Shown here: one piece after another, positions 25,701-36,963 of the stretch | How the letters are laid out: every line of letters begins with the position of its first letter | Position numbering within the stretch: the stretch's first letter is position 1 | Source of the DNA: Chiloscyllium plagiosum | Taxonomy: Eukaryota | Length of the DNA: 64,000 bases | Assembly (NCBI RefSeq): GCF_004010195.1 | Contig: NC_057720.1 | Coordinates: 32,701,383-32,765,382 of the forward strand | Direction of reading: 5' to 3' | Position numbers and translations under genes: made by a program | The notes under the pieces: model-generated | Told to the model about the DNA's origin: nothing | Database searches by the model: none | Seen by the model: only the letters and a program-made list of their open reading frames with translations

Positions 25701-26260
25701 GACTCCCTGTCCGTGTTGTACCAGGACTCCCTGTCCGTGTTGTTCCATGACTCCTTGTCCGTGTTGTTCCAGGACTCTCTGTCCGTGTTGTACCAGGACC
25801 CCCTGTCCGTGTTGTACCAGGACCCCCTGTCCTTGTTGTTCCAGGACCCCCTGTCCGTGTTGTTCCAGGACCCCCTGTCTGTGTTGTACCGGGACTCCCT
25901 GTCCGTGTTGTTCCAGGACCCCCTGTCCGTGTTGTTCCAGGACCCCCTGTCCGTGTTGTACCAGGACCCCCTGTCCATGTTGTACCAGGACCCCCTGTCC
26001 GTGTTGTACCAGGACTCCCTGTCCGTGTTGTACCAGGACTCCCTGTCCATGTTCTTCCGGGACTCTCTGTCCGTGTTGTACCAGGACTCTGTCGTTGTTG
26101 TACCAGGACCCCCTGTCTGTGTTGTACCAGGACTCCCTGTCTGTGTTGTTCCAGGACTCCTTGTCCGTGTTGTTCCAGGACTCACTGTCCGTGTTGTCCC
26201 GGGACTCACTGCCCGTGGGGTGCTGTACTGGGATTCGCTGCACATGCTGCTTCAGGACTT
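19740..26260. repeat. 24-bp tandem repeat array (minisatellite/satellite), consensus ccgtgttgt(a/t)cc(a/g)ggactc(c/t/g/a)ctg(t/c); N gap 22324-23106
   Basis: A 24-nt period is directly visible, e.g. (gtgttgtaccaggactccctgtcc)n at ~21950-22323. Units degenerate towards both edges. Confidence 0.97.
19976..20279 (-). mobile_element. HE1-type V-SINE inserted within the 24-bp array
   Basis: Full head (gggcggcacggtggcacagtggttagc…ggttcaattcc) through tail (gtaagtaatcta), with array units on both sides. Confidence 0.92.
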
Positions 26261-26902
26261 GTTGTCTACACTGCTCCAGGACCCCTTCCCCACGGCTGCC
26301 ACTGCTCCAGGATCCGGCTCCGGCGATAGGTGGCAGGAAAAAGAGAGAAAAAGAAAGAAAAAGAACAGGTGGAGCAGAGGAGCTTTTGCTGGAGTGTCTT
26401 ACTGCCATCTTGCCAGAAGTTTGGGCTGGATTGAGTGCTGCTGTTGCTGAGTCCACCAGAAGGAGTGACAAATCTCACAAAGCACATGAATATGGTAGAC
26501 ATGGGCTTGCCGCCAGATCATTTACCAGGGCAACCCTGGTGCCAGGAAGTGTGCATGATCTGATCCCAATGCAGCGCCATGTTTAAAGGACAAAAACCCT
26601 TGGTGATGGTGCATTTCTGCACCCAGTGTCTCTCAAGAAAGGCTCTCAGTTGAATTCGTTGGCATTGCGAAATCTTTGCATATTTTGCCAAAAAGCTGGG
26701 CTTTTTTGCGCGCCCAGGTGAAAAAATAATTGCCATCCTTTAAAAATTTCAGTTGGCAGGTTCAATCGTTTCTTCTATACTCAGCGATGTCACAATCCAC
26801 TCAGTGTATTGCTCCACGGTTCAGCACAAGCTTTCTCCCGATGTTGCTGCAGGACAGCCCGCACTGAGACCTGTGCAGCATTGTCTACCTCTACAGTGTT
26901 AA

Positions 26903-29900
26903 TACAAAGAACAAAGAACAAAGGAAATTTGCAGCCCAGGAACAGGCCCTTCGGCCTTCCAAGCTTGAGCCGATCCAAATCTGCTGGCTAAACCTGTCCC
27001 TAATTCCTAAGCACCTATATCCCTCTGCTCCCCACCTACTTCTGCATCTGTCCAGACGCATCTTAAATGAATCTATCGTGCCTGCCTCTACCACTTCTGC
27101 TGGCCCACCACCCTCTGTGTGAAGTACTTGCCGCATGTATCCCCCTTAAACTTTCCACCTCTCACCTTGAAAGCGTGACCTCTTGTTATTGAATCCTTCA
27201 CCCTGGGAAAAAGCTTGTCTCTATCCACTCTCTCTATACCCTTCATGATTTTGCAAACTTCAATCAGGTCCCCCCTCAATCTCCTTTTTTCTAATGAAAA
27301 CTAACCTAACCTACTCAACCTTTCTTCATAGCTAGCACCTTCCATACCAGGCAACACCTTCGTAAACCTTCTCTGCACCCTCTCCAAAGCATCCACATCC
27401 TTTTGGTAATGTNNNNNNNNNNNNNNNNNNNNNNNNNNNNNNNNNNNNNNNNACATTTGTCTGGATTGAAATCCATCTGCCACTTTTCTGCCAAACTCTC
27501 CAGTCTATTTATATCCTCCTGTATTCTCTGATAGTCCCTTATGGTTTCTGCTACTCTACCAATCTTCGTGTCATCTGAAAACTTGCTGATCATTCCAGAT
27601 CAGTGGCCCTAACATTGACCCCTGTGGAACACCACTGGTCACCTTTCTCCATTTTGAGAAACTTCCTTCAACTACTACTCTCTGTCTCCTGTTGCTCAAC
27701 CAGTTCTTTATCCACCTAGCTAGAACACCCTGCACACCATGTGACTTCACTTTCTCCATTAGTCTACCATGGGGAACCTTTTCAACTGCCTTACTAAAAT
27801 CTGTGTATATGACATCAACAGCCCTTCCTTCATCTATCAACTTGGTCACTTCCTCGAAGAACTCTATTAAGTTGGTAAGGCACGATCTCCCCCGCACAAA
27901 ACCATGTTGCCTATCACTGATATAAAATAAATATAAATAGATCCTATCCCTCAGTACCCTCTCCAGCAATTTTCCTACCACCAACATCAGGCTCACTGGT
28001 CTGTAGATACCCGGAATGTCCTTACTACCTTCTTGTACAGGGGGACGACATGAGCAACCTTCCAGTCCTCTGGCACCTCACCTGTATTTAAGGATGCCAC
28101 AAAGATATCTGTCAGGGCCCCAGCTATTTCCTTTCTCACCGCCCTCAGCAACCTGGGATAGATCCCATCTGGTCCCATCTTAATAACCTCTAGCCTACCC
28201 AACACATCTTCCCTACTTATGTCAATATGATCCAGACTAAACAAACTTCTATCTCTAATCTCAAGATTCATCATGTACCTCTCCTCAGTGAACACTGATG
28301 CAAAGTAATCATTCAGAATCTCACCCATTCTTTCAGGTTTGACACACAGCCTTCCTTCATTATTCTTAAGTGGACCAATCCTTTCTCGAGTTACCCGCTT
28401 GCTTCTTATATACGAATAAAATGCTTTGGGATTCTCCTTAATTCTGCTCGCTAAAGTTATTTCAAGACCCCTTTTAGCCCACTTGATTCCTTGTTTAAGA
28501 CTTATCCTACTCTTCCGATATTCCTCCAGGGCCCGTTCTGTTCTTTGCTGCCTAGACCTTATGTACGCTTCCCTTTTCCTCTTGGCTGGTCGTACAATTT
28601 CTCCTGTCATCCATGGTTCACAAATCTTGCCCATCCTATCCTTTGCCTTCAATGGGACATGCCTATCCTGCACTATCTTTAACCTATCTTTGAAAGCCTC
28701 CCACATATCAATTGTGAACTTCCCTTCAAATAGCTGTGTCCAATCCACATTTCCAAGCTCCTGCCTAATTTTGATATAATTGGCCTTATCCCAATTTAGT
28801 ACTCTTCCCTTAGGACCACTCTCATCTTTCTCTATGAGTATTCTAAAACTTACAGAATTGTGGTGACAATTCCCAAAGAAATCCCCCACTGCAACTTCTA
28901 CCACCTGTCCTGGCTCGTTCCCCAGTACCAGGTCCAATACGGCCCCTTCCCTTGTCGGACTATTGACATCTTGCTCTAGAAAACTCTCCTGGATGCTTCT
29001 TACAAATTCTACCCCATCCAGACCTCTGACGTTAAGTGTATCCCAGTCAATGTTGGGAAAATTAAAATTTCCTATCACTACTACCCTATTGCCTCTACAT
29101 CTTTCCATAATCAGTTTACGTATTTGTTCTTCTACCTCATGCTCACTGTTAGGAGGCCTGTAATACAGCCCTAACAATGTAACTGCACCCTTCTTATTTC
29201 TCAGCTCCACCCATGATGCCTCACTACCCAAGATCTCCATAGTGTCCTCCTTTAGCACGTCTGTGATATCTTCCCTGACCAGCAATGCAACTCCACACCC
29301 CCCCATTTTATTTCCCTCCCTGTCCTGTCTGAAATGTCTATATCCTGGAACATTTAGTTGGCAATCATCATGCCTTTCCTTCAACCAAGTCTCTGTGATC
29401 GCAATAACGTCATACTCCCAGGCACCAATCCAAGCCCTAAGTTCATCTGCCTTACACGCTATACTCCTTGCATTAAAGTAGATTCATTTCAGGCCACCAG
29501 TTCTTTTGCGCTCATCTGCTCTCTGCCTACTCTTCCCTTTATTAATGCTGTCTTCATGATTCTTACAGTCTCCAGTTTTCACCTCGCTGCCTGCTTGTTT
29601 TCTCTCTGGTTCCCGGTCCCCTGCCACATTAGTTTAGCAAAAACTCCCCCGAGGACATTGGTTCCGGTCTGGTTCAGATGTAGACCATCCATTTTGTAAT
29701 AGTCCCACCTTCCCCAGAACCGGTCCCAATGTCCAACAAATCTGAACCCCTCTCTCCTACACCATCTCTCAAGCCACATGTTCATCCTGCCTATTTTTTC
29801 TACCCTGGCTAGCACGTGGCACTGATAGTAATCCCGAGATCACTACCTTTGAGGTCCTCCTCTTTAACTTCGCTCCTCGCTCCCTGAGTTCTTCTTTCAG

Positions 29901-30790
29901 GACTTCATCTCGTTTTCTACTTATATTGTTGGTGCCTATATGCACCAAGACAACTGGCTGTTCACCCTCCCCTTTTAGAATGCGCTGCAGCCGATTGGTG
30001 ACATCCCTGACCTGAGCACCTGGGAGGCAACATACCATCTGGGAGTCCCATTTTCGGCCACAGAACCGCCTATCTACTCCCCTCACAATAGAATCCCCTG
30101 TGACGATGGCCCTACGAGTCTTTTTCCCACCCTTTTGAACAGCAGTGCCCGTCATGGTGCCATGATCCTGGCAACTGCTGCCCTCTCCTGGTGAGCCATC
30201 TCCCCCAACCGTATACCTGTTTTGGAGGGAGATGACATCAGGGGACACCTGCACTGCCTTCCTACTCTTTTTCTGTCTTTTGGTCACCCATTCACTGTCT
30301 CCCTCAGCAATTCTAACCTGCGGTGTGACCAGTTCACTAAACATGCTATCCACGATCTCCTCAGCATCGCGGATGCTCCACAGTGAGTCCATCCACAGGT
30401 CCTGAGCTGTCATGCGGTCAAACAAGAGCTGCAGCTGGACACACTTCATGCAAGTGTAAGAGTCAGGGACGTCAGACACGTTCCTAAGCTCCCACATCAA
30501 GCAAGAGGCACATGCCACGGGTCTGAGGTCCCCTGCCATTGTAAGCTTAGCTTTATATGAAATAACTTAAACCAAACAATGCATTTAAATATATGAAAAA
30601 GAAAGATAAAGAAAAAATAAAAGCCTTAACTTACAGAGCCTTTTCCTTTTGGTTAGAGGAGGGTGGCGGGAGGGAGATACTACACCTGTAGTATCTCGGG
30701 TTTCGCCACTGCCCAAATATAAATTAAGCCCTTACCTTCCCAGCAGCCCTTGCAACTCACCTTTTCTGCTCGCTGCTCTTTCAAAATCTC
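26903..30790 (-). mobile_element. Near full-length CR1 LINE: ORF1 (Zn finger + SGNH esterase) and ORF2 (APE-RT), both disrupted
   Basis: ORF1 at 30539-29579 has CASC…CMKC, TGDSIVRG, VHIGTNN and DGLHLN. ORF2 at ~29480-27088 has YYRPPN, GNFNFPNIDW, GPDGIYPR, QHGF, DFSKA, GVPQGS and KFSDDTK. The 3' tail is (ctttgtt)n at ~26903-26923. Confidence 0.95.
29579..30539 (-). pseudogene. CR1 ORF1 (zinc finger + SGNH/GDSL esterase domain), frameshifted near 29790
   Basis: The ORF-track peptides 29769-30539 and 29579-29815 join into one ORF1 with GDS, GTN and DxxH blocks. Confidence 0.85.
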
Positions 30791-31859
30791 CTCCAGTACT
30801 TGAGGATGATGGAGTACATCTATCAATGTGAATGATTCTCATTGTACCCTAACCTCTCCCTTTCTTTAAAGGCAGTCTCTGCAGTTTCCCCCCAGTTTTA
30901 TATGTTAAATCTGATATAAGGCCTATATAGGCATTAACATGCATTATTATTTAATTTTGCCTCAGATAATTTGTTATTATCTCAGGCAATGGAGAGAAAC
31001 TGGATGTCACCTGTTTCCTATATGGAAAGTCTGAGCGGCTGCAACTCCCCAGTGTCTTCTCCAGATCTCCATCTTATCCAGCATTCCCACATCTTAGGGC
31101 ATGTTCCATGGGCAGTGACCATCTGTACCTTCTATCCAGGGAGTCTGGCATCAGACAAGCACTTGCATCATGACACATCTCTGACTTATAACACAGTTCT
31201 CCACTTCAATTCTGCACATTGGAGCTCACCAGTATGTGATATTGCAATACTGCCACTAGGCTGCTTTGTACATAGGGTCAAAGGCCCATCTCATTAACTG
31301 GAATAGCATGAATTTCAGGTCTCTTAGTTTTCTTTCTTAGTGCTCACTCACTTTATATCTACTAAATGCTCACATCCTCTCTGGCTTGCCAATTTGTTCA
31401 TTGGTACCTCACTCAGAATTTAAAGGCTCCGAGTGTATCTGTCTTTCCTTGTCAATTGTGTAGACAAGTGGTGCCCAAGAGGCAATGGAAGAAAGTTTTT
31501 CTGTCAATTTATTTTTGAAACAGGAACACTAACTAAATCAGGTAGAATGTGATATTAAAAAATAAAGTTAAGGCAACACTAAAACATAAAAGTATTGGCA
31601 GGGAAATGAAATTAACACAAGCAGAGGAAAATAGATTTCTTAACTGCTCATTTTCATTTAATTTAATCTGATTACTATTACAATGACATAACTAGTCATG
31701 AAATTGAAGTGCCTTAAATTACAATGCTATTGATATTCATTTCAGAGTTAGGGTTTGTGTGTTGAAAACATTTGTCAAAGATATACACCTTTGCTTAGAA
31801 GTAGATGTGTTAACGTTTTTTCTGGGTTGGAAAAATCAATCTATAAAAATATTTACAAC

Positions 31860-33500
31860 AAAATTGTTCATGGGATGGAAATGTCACTGTCAGGGCCAGC
31901 ATTTATTATCCATCTCTAATTGCCCTTGAAAAGGTTGTGGTCAGGTGCTTTTTTGAATCACTGCAGTCTATTTGACATAGTTGCACCCACAATGATGTTA
32001 TGGAGAGTGTTCCAGGATTCTGATTCAGCATCACTGAAAGAAAGGCATTATAATTCCAAGTCAGGATGGTATGTGGCTTGGAAGTGGTAGTGCTCTGATG
32101 CACCTGTGTCTTAGTCCTTCTTGATGACAATGGTCATGGGTTTGAAAGGTGCCATTAAAGGGGCCTTGGTAATATTTCAGTACATAGTGGATGGTATACA
32201 CTGTAATCAACATGCACCATTGGTGATTGGGTTACTGATCTAGCAGGTTGCTGTGCTCTGGATGGTATTGATCTTTTTGACCGTTATTGGAGTTGCAATT
32301 GGGGAATATTCCATCACACTCTTTGCAGAGATGTACAGACTTTGGGGAGTCAGGAGAGAGTTACTCATCACAAAATTCCTAACATCTGACCTGATCTTAT
32401 CGACATAGTTTTTTTGTAACTAGTCCAGTTAAGTTTTTGGTCAATGATAACCCCTTAGGGTGTTGGCCGTGAGCGTTTCAGCAATAATAATGCTATTGAA
32501 TATCATGGGGAGATGGTTAATATATTACTTTGTTGGAGATCGTCATTGCCTCGCATATGTGCTGCACAGATGTTGTATTCTAATTCTGAATGTTGTTGAG
32601 GTTTTGATACGTTTGCATAGGGTCTGCTTCACTACAATGGTACTGAACTCCGTGTAATCATCAGTGATATCTCCATTTCTGACTTACATTGGAAGGGAGG
32701 TCATTGGTAAAACAGCTAAAGATGGTCGTGTGATGTCTTGGGGTTCAGGAACTTAGAGTACAAATTCCACAGCTTTCATTTGTACTGTATCTGACTGGAT
32801 GCAGTGAAGAGTTTTCTCCTTGATTCATATTGATTTCAATTTTGCCAGGCTTCTTGACATCATATTCAATCAAAAACTGCCTTGATATCAATCACTCTCA
32901 TTTCACCCGTGGAATTCCTACTGTTTGTCTGTGTTGGACCAATGATGTATTGCGATCTGCTACGAAGGGGCCCTGAGGAAACCAAAATGAGCATCAGTGA
33001 GCGTTGTATTGCTACGTTCATAACATTTGTAAGCATTGCCAATGCATTGATAAAAATAGAAATTGCTGGAACAGCTCAGCAGGTCTGGCAGCATCTATGG
33101 AGAGAAATCAGAGTTAATGTATCGAGTTGAGTGACCGTTCCTCAGAATAAATTGCATTGCTTTGATCATAATTGTAAATATAATCGATTTGGTTGGATTT
33201 GTCCTGCTTCTTGTGGACAAGACTTATGTGAGTAATTTTCCACATTGTCTGTTAGATGCCAATATTCTAGCAGAACTGGCTAGGCTTGCCAAGGGGTTTT
33301 GACTAGTTGTAGAGTTTAAGTCTTTATTACTAGAGTCAGGACGTTATCAGGACATTCTGTATTTGCTGTAGCCAGTTGGTTCAGCTGTTTCTTGGGGCTT
33401 CTCTGATGTTGGGAATTTCAAAAGGAGTCTGAAGTGGATCATCCTACTCAGCACTTCTGACCGAAGATATTTGCAAATGCTCCAGCCTTACCAATGGTAA
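31860..33500 (-). mobile_element. Old degraded LINE (CR1/L2 group), same family as 18010-18590
   Basis: Reverse complement aligns by eye with 18010-18590 (…KPHTILTWNY…, HLTTTFSRAIRDG; tail gatggataataaatgctggcc). Upstream RT remnants are heavily decayed. Confidence 0.65.
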
Positions 33501-33896
33501 TGACATGTCAGCAAAGCAGTAAATCCCAGGACAACACTATACTAATGAAATCCCTGAGATTGAGGTCATTCAGCTCATTAAGCCATTGTGAGAATTTTGC
33601 AACAGAATTGATTCCAGTCTCATTCACGACTGTTTCTCTCACTATAATTATAATCATAGTAGTAGTTCAGTGGGTTTTATTGGGTCGTATATATTGTAAA
33701 CTGAAATATGATTGTTTTTTCTCTCTTTAGGCTAATTTTAAGTTAACAGTGATGCACCTTTGGTTCATGTTTGACAATAGCTATGTTAAGAAAATCATTA
33801 AGATGTGTATGAAAGTTCTTTGCAACCAAGGTACTCATGTCTTTACAGCTGTATCAATGCAGATCCATTTACATCAGAATGGATACAGTAATACCA

Positions 33897-33975
33897 TAAG
33901 AATAGAACTATAGAACTAAAATTAATCAATAGAACTAAATAGAACTAAATAGCGGTCAATAGAACTAAAATTAAT
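33897..33975. repeat. Short degenerate tandem repeat of (aatagaactaaa)-like units
   Basis: tagaacta occurs five times within about 70 bp. Confidence 0.7.
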
Positions 33976-34056
33976 CCTTTAGAAATTTCACAGTAAGAGA
34001 AAAGTGGCTGTTGTATTAACTGAATGTATTGTCAGTTCAAAGAGGATTCTGAAGGA

Positions 34057-35794
34057 CATAAGGGAACCAAATGAGTTTATATTTGAGACTACATCATGGA
34101 AGCTACCCACAATTTAACATTATATTGGTTATTTTGAGAAGAGTGCTATTAAAACTGCACAGAGGAATTTTATCCTGTTTCCGCTCCACACTTCATTTAA
34201 ACTATAGTTGCTTGTTTACATGCTGGGAAGCATTAATTTCTTCCGCACTGATATCTCTTCTTAATAGATAATCAAATCAAAGTCGTGCATAGAAATATCA
34301 ACATTTCTAATATAACAGATAACTCAACAATTAAACCCTCTTGTTCACCGCAAACAAAATCTTTCCATTCTGCTGTATATTGTAAATTTGTTTTTTGGGA
34401 TGTAGAGGACAATGCAGGCTGATTATTTTCCAGTTTCTGACTTGTCGGAGAATGATATGATTGACCTTGAGTCGCTGCAGTCTTTGTGGTGGTGGTCCCA
34501 GAAACAGAAAAGGCTTAGCTCCAGGACACTTGTAATTTGGCAGAAACCTCGAAGGTGATAGCATTCAAATAATGTTGCTGCTTGTCTTCTGCAATGGATA
34601 GTTCAAGGTAAGCATGGAAGTTTACCATTCTGCATTGTCTGCATATTTTGTATAACAGCCACAGTATGCCATGGACCTGGTGCTGAAGGGATGGGGATTG
34701 AATTCAGTGACAGAGTACTTACAAAATTCTAATCCAGATGGTGTTGAACTTTTTGAATGTTGCGGCTACAATGTGTCGTTGAATGGTAAATATTCCATCA
34801 CCCTCCCGTCCTGAATCTTGTACATGATGGATGGATTTGAAGAGTTAGGAGATAACACACACATCACAGAGCACAAAGGCGCTCGTCCTGCTCTGGTAAG
34901 CACAATGCTGACACGAATGGTCCAGGTAAGCATTAATGGTGGCCGGCTTAATTTTCTGAACGGCATAAGGGAACCAAATGAGTTTATATTTGAGACTACA
35001 TCATGGAAGCTACCCATTTTGAGAAGAGTGCTATTTGTCTGCACAGAGGAATTTTATCCTGTATCTGTTCCACAATTTATTTAAACTATAGTTGCTTGAT
35101 TCATTCTTCTACACTTATATCTCTTATTAATTGATAATTGAATCAAAGTAGTGCATAGAAATATCAAAAGTTCTAACATAACAGGCTCACTAATCCATCT
35201 ATTCCACCAGTAGCAAAGATTTATTGGCAGTGATATGGATTATTGGCTAAAACTTTAAACTGGTTTACCTACAGTCCAAAAACATCCATGTGTTCTTAAT
35301 GGAACTGGAGCCAGTTAGCTGTCCCTATGCCAATATGTCTGACTGCCGGTGAATGGTAACAGGACAGATTATTAACTCGACTTGCTTTCATGATTTCCAT
35401 GTGTGTGTGGTTTTTAGTGAGCCTCCTGAAAAGAGCTTCATTTATATTATTGTTGACTGTGTGTCGGTGGTTATGCATGTGTGTGGGTTGACCAGCTCTT
35501 GTCAATAAAATAACGTATGAGTGGATGATTAGAGGAAAGCAGAATTTAATGGAAATGGACAAAAAAAAGTGTTAAATCAATAGCTTTCATCAAACGGATG
35601 ATCAGTAAGATGTTTCAGTCAAAAGCCCTTCATCTTCCGCACTGATATCTCCTCTTAATAGATAATCGAATCAATGTCATGCATAGAAATATCAAAATTT
35701 CTAATATAACAGGCTCACTAATCCACCTATTCCACAAGTAATAAAGATTTATTAGCAGCGATATGGATTATTGGATAAATCTTTAAACTGGTTT
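34057..35794 (+). repeat. Locally triplicated host segment (copies ~34057-34318, ~34964-35266, ~35633-35794)
   Basis: All three copies share gcatagaaatatcaa…ttctaa(t/c)ataacag. Copies 1 and 2 share ggaaccaaatgagtttatatttgagactacatcatggaagctaccca. Copies 2 and 3 share ggctcactaatcca…ctttaaactggttt. Confidence 0.9.
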
Positions 35795-35909
35795 GCTTTT
35801 GCCCAAAACATCAATCTCCTGCTCCTCGGATGCTGCCTGACCTGCTGTGCTTTTCCAGCCCCACACTCTCAACTCTAATCTCCAGCATCTGCAGTCCTCA
35901 TTTTTGCCC
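35613..35909 (+). mobile_element. Chimeric Penelope-like insertion: inverted pLTR fragment + captured host DNA + pLTR end
   Basis: A 14-bp TSD tgatcagtaagatg lies at 35599-35612 and 35910-35923. 35613-35634 is an inverted hammerhead fragment and 35795-35909 is a pLTR end. Confidence 0.8.
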
Positions 35910-36741
35910 TGATCAGTAAGATGACTAAGTAGGTCAAAGCAGCATATCCAAAGTTGTTAATGTCATAGAAAAATAACCTTGTTCGAGACTTCTAGATTTA
36001 GCGGATTATTGAACAATGAGAAAAATAACACAAATAATAACATGTTGAGAATTGTATTTTGTCATCTCCTTCTCTCCATGAGATGAGATGCTTCATCACC
36101 ATGGGGGCAAGGTGGCCTTATTCAGGTCAAGCACAAGGGAAACATTCCCACCAAGAGACCATAGTCAAAGTATCTATCCAAATGAACTTCAGATGAAGTG
36201 TAGGAATCAGCATTAGAATCATTGTGGTTCACTATCATAGTTAACAGTCTTAAGAAATGATCTATAAGCTTATTAATGATACAAAGATACTTGTGGCTGT
36301 AAGAACCCCTAAATGAACAAACTCTTAAAGTGAATCAAGACAAGGAATGAATGGCTTCATGGCAGATGTCTGTTACCATAGACAAGAACAACATGATGCA
36401 TTTGGACAGAGCTGTGCCAAGCATGGATACACCATGCTGTGTTGTTCATTGCAAACCATAAAGAAAAAAAAAACTAAAATTTGTGGCTCATGATTCATTG
36501 AAAGTACATGACCCATTTCCTTAAGGTTGTTGCAAAAATGAATGGGATGTTAAGATGTATAGCCAAAATCATTAAATGTAAGACTAGAAGTAAAATAATA
36601 TTTTACAGTCATATTCCAACCACATCTAGAATACTTTGATCAGTTTTTAATCCCTTCACATATTGTGGGATTTCAAGGGCCTAAGAAAATACTGAGAAGA
36701 TTATTTGACTGATTCCTAGTTTAAAGATCCTTAATCATGAA

Positions 36742-36963
36742 TGATTTGGAGGTGCCGGTATTGGACTGGGGTGTACAAAGTTAAAAATCACACAACACCA
36801 GGTTATAGTCCAACAGGTTTAATTGGAAGCCCACTAGCTTTCGGAGCGACGCTCCTTTATCAGGTGGTTGTGACAATCACCTGATGAAGGAGTGCCGCTC
36901 CGAAAGCTAGTGTGCTTCCAATTAAACCTGTTGGACTATAACCTGGTGTTGTTGATTTTTAAA
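36742..36963. mobile_element. Palindromic PLE-derived element with two inverted hammerhead motifs
   Basis: Inverted arms at ~36779-36870 and ~36874-36963. Flanking near-TSD cttaat(c/t)atgaa at 36730-36741 and 36964-36975. Confidence 0.8.
36878..36912 (+). ncRNA. Minimal type I hammerhead ribozyme motif (PLE-associated)
   Basis: cac-CTGATGA-a-ggagt gcc gctcc-GAAA-gc-TA-gtg. Catalytic core intact, stem I cac/gtg, stem II, and a palindromic AGCT stem III. Confidence 0.7.

Noticed and set aside
19740..26260. CRISPR array
   Set aside because: The units are head-to-tail with no unique spacers, there are no cas genes, and the context is a vertebrate genome.
19691..26586. Long ORFs up to ~1200 aa (Cys-rich, mucin-like or keratin-associated-like repeats)
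   Set aside because: They are open in all six frames because the 24-bp unit lacks stops. Frames shift at unit indels, the ORFs span an N gap, and no unique domain or splice context supports them.
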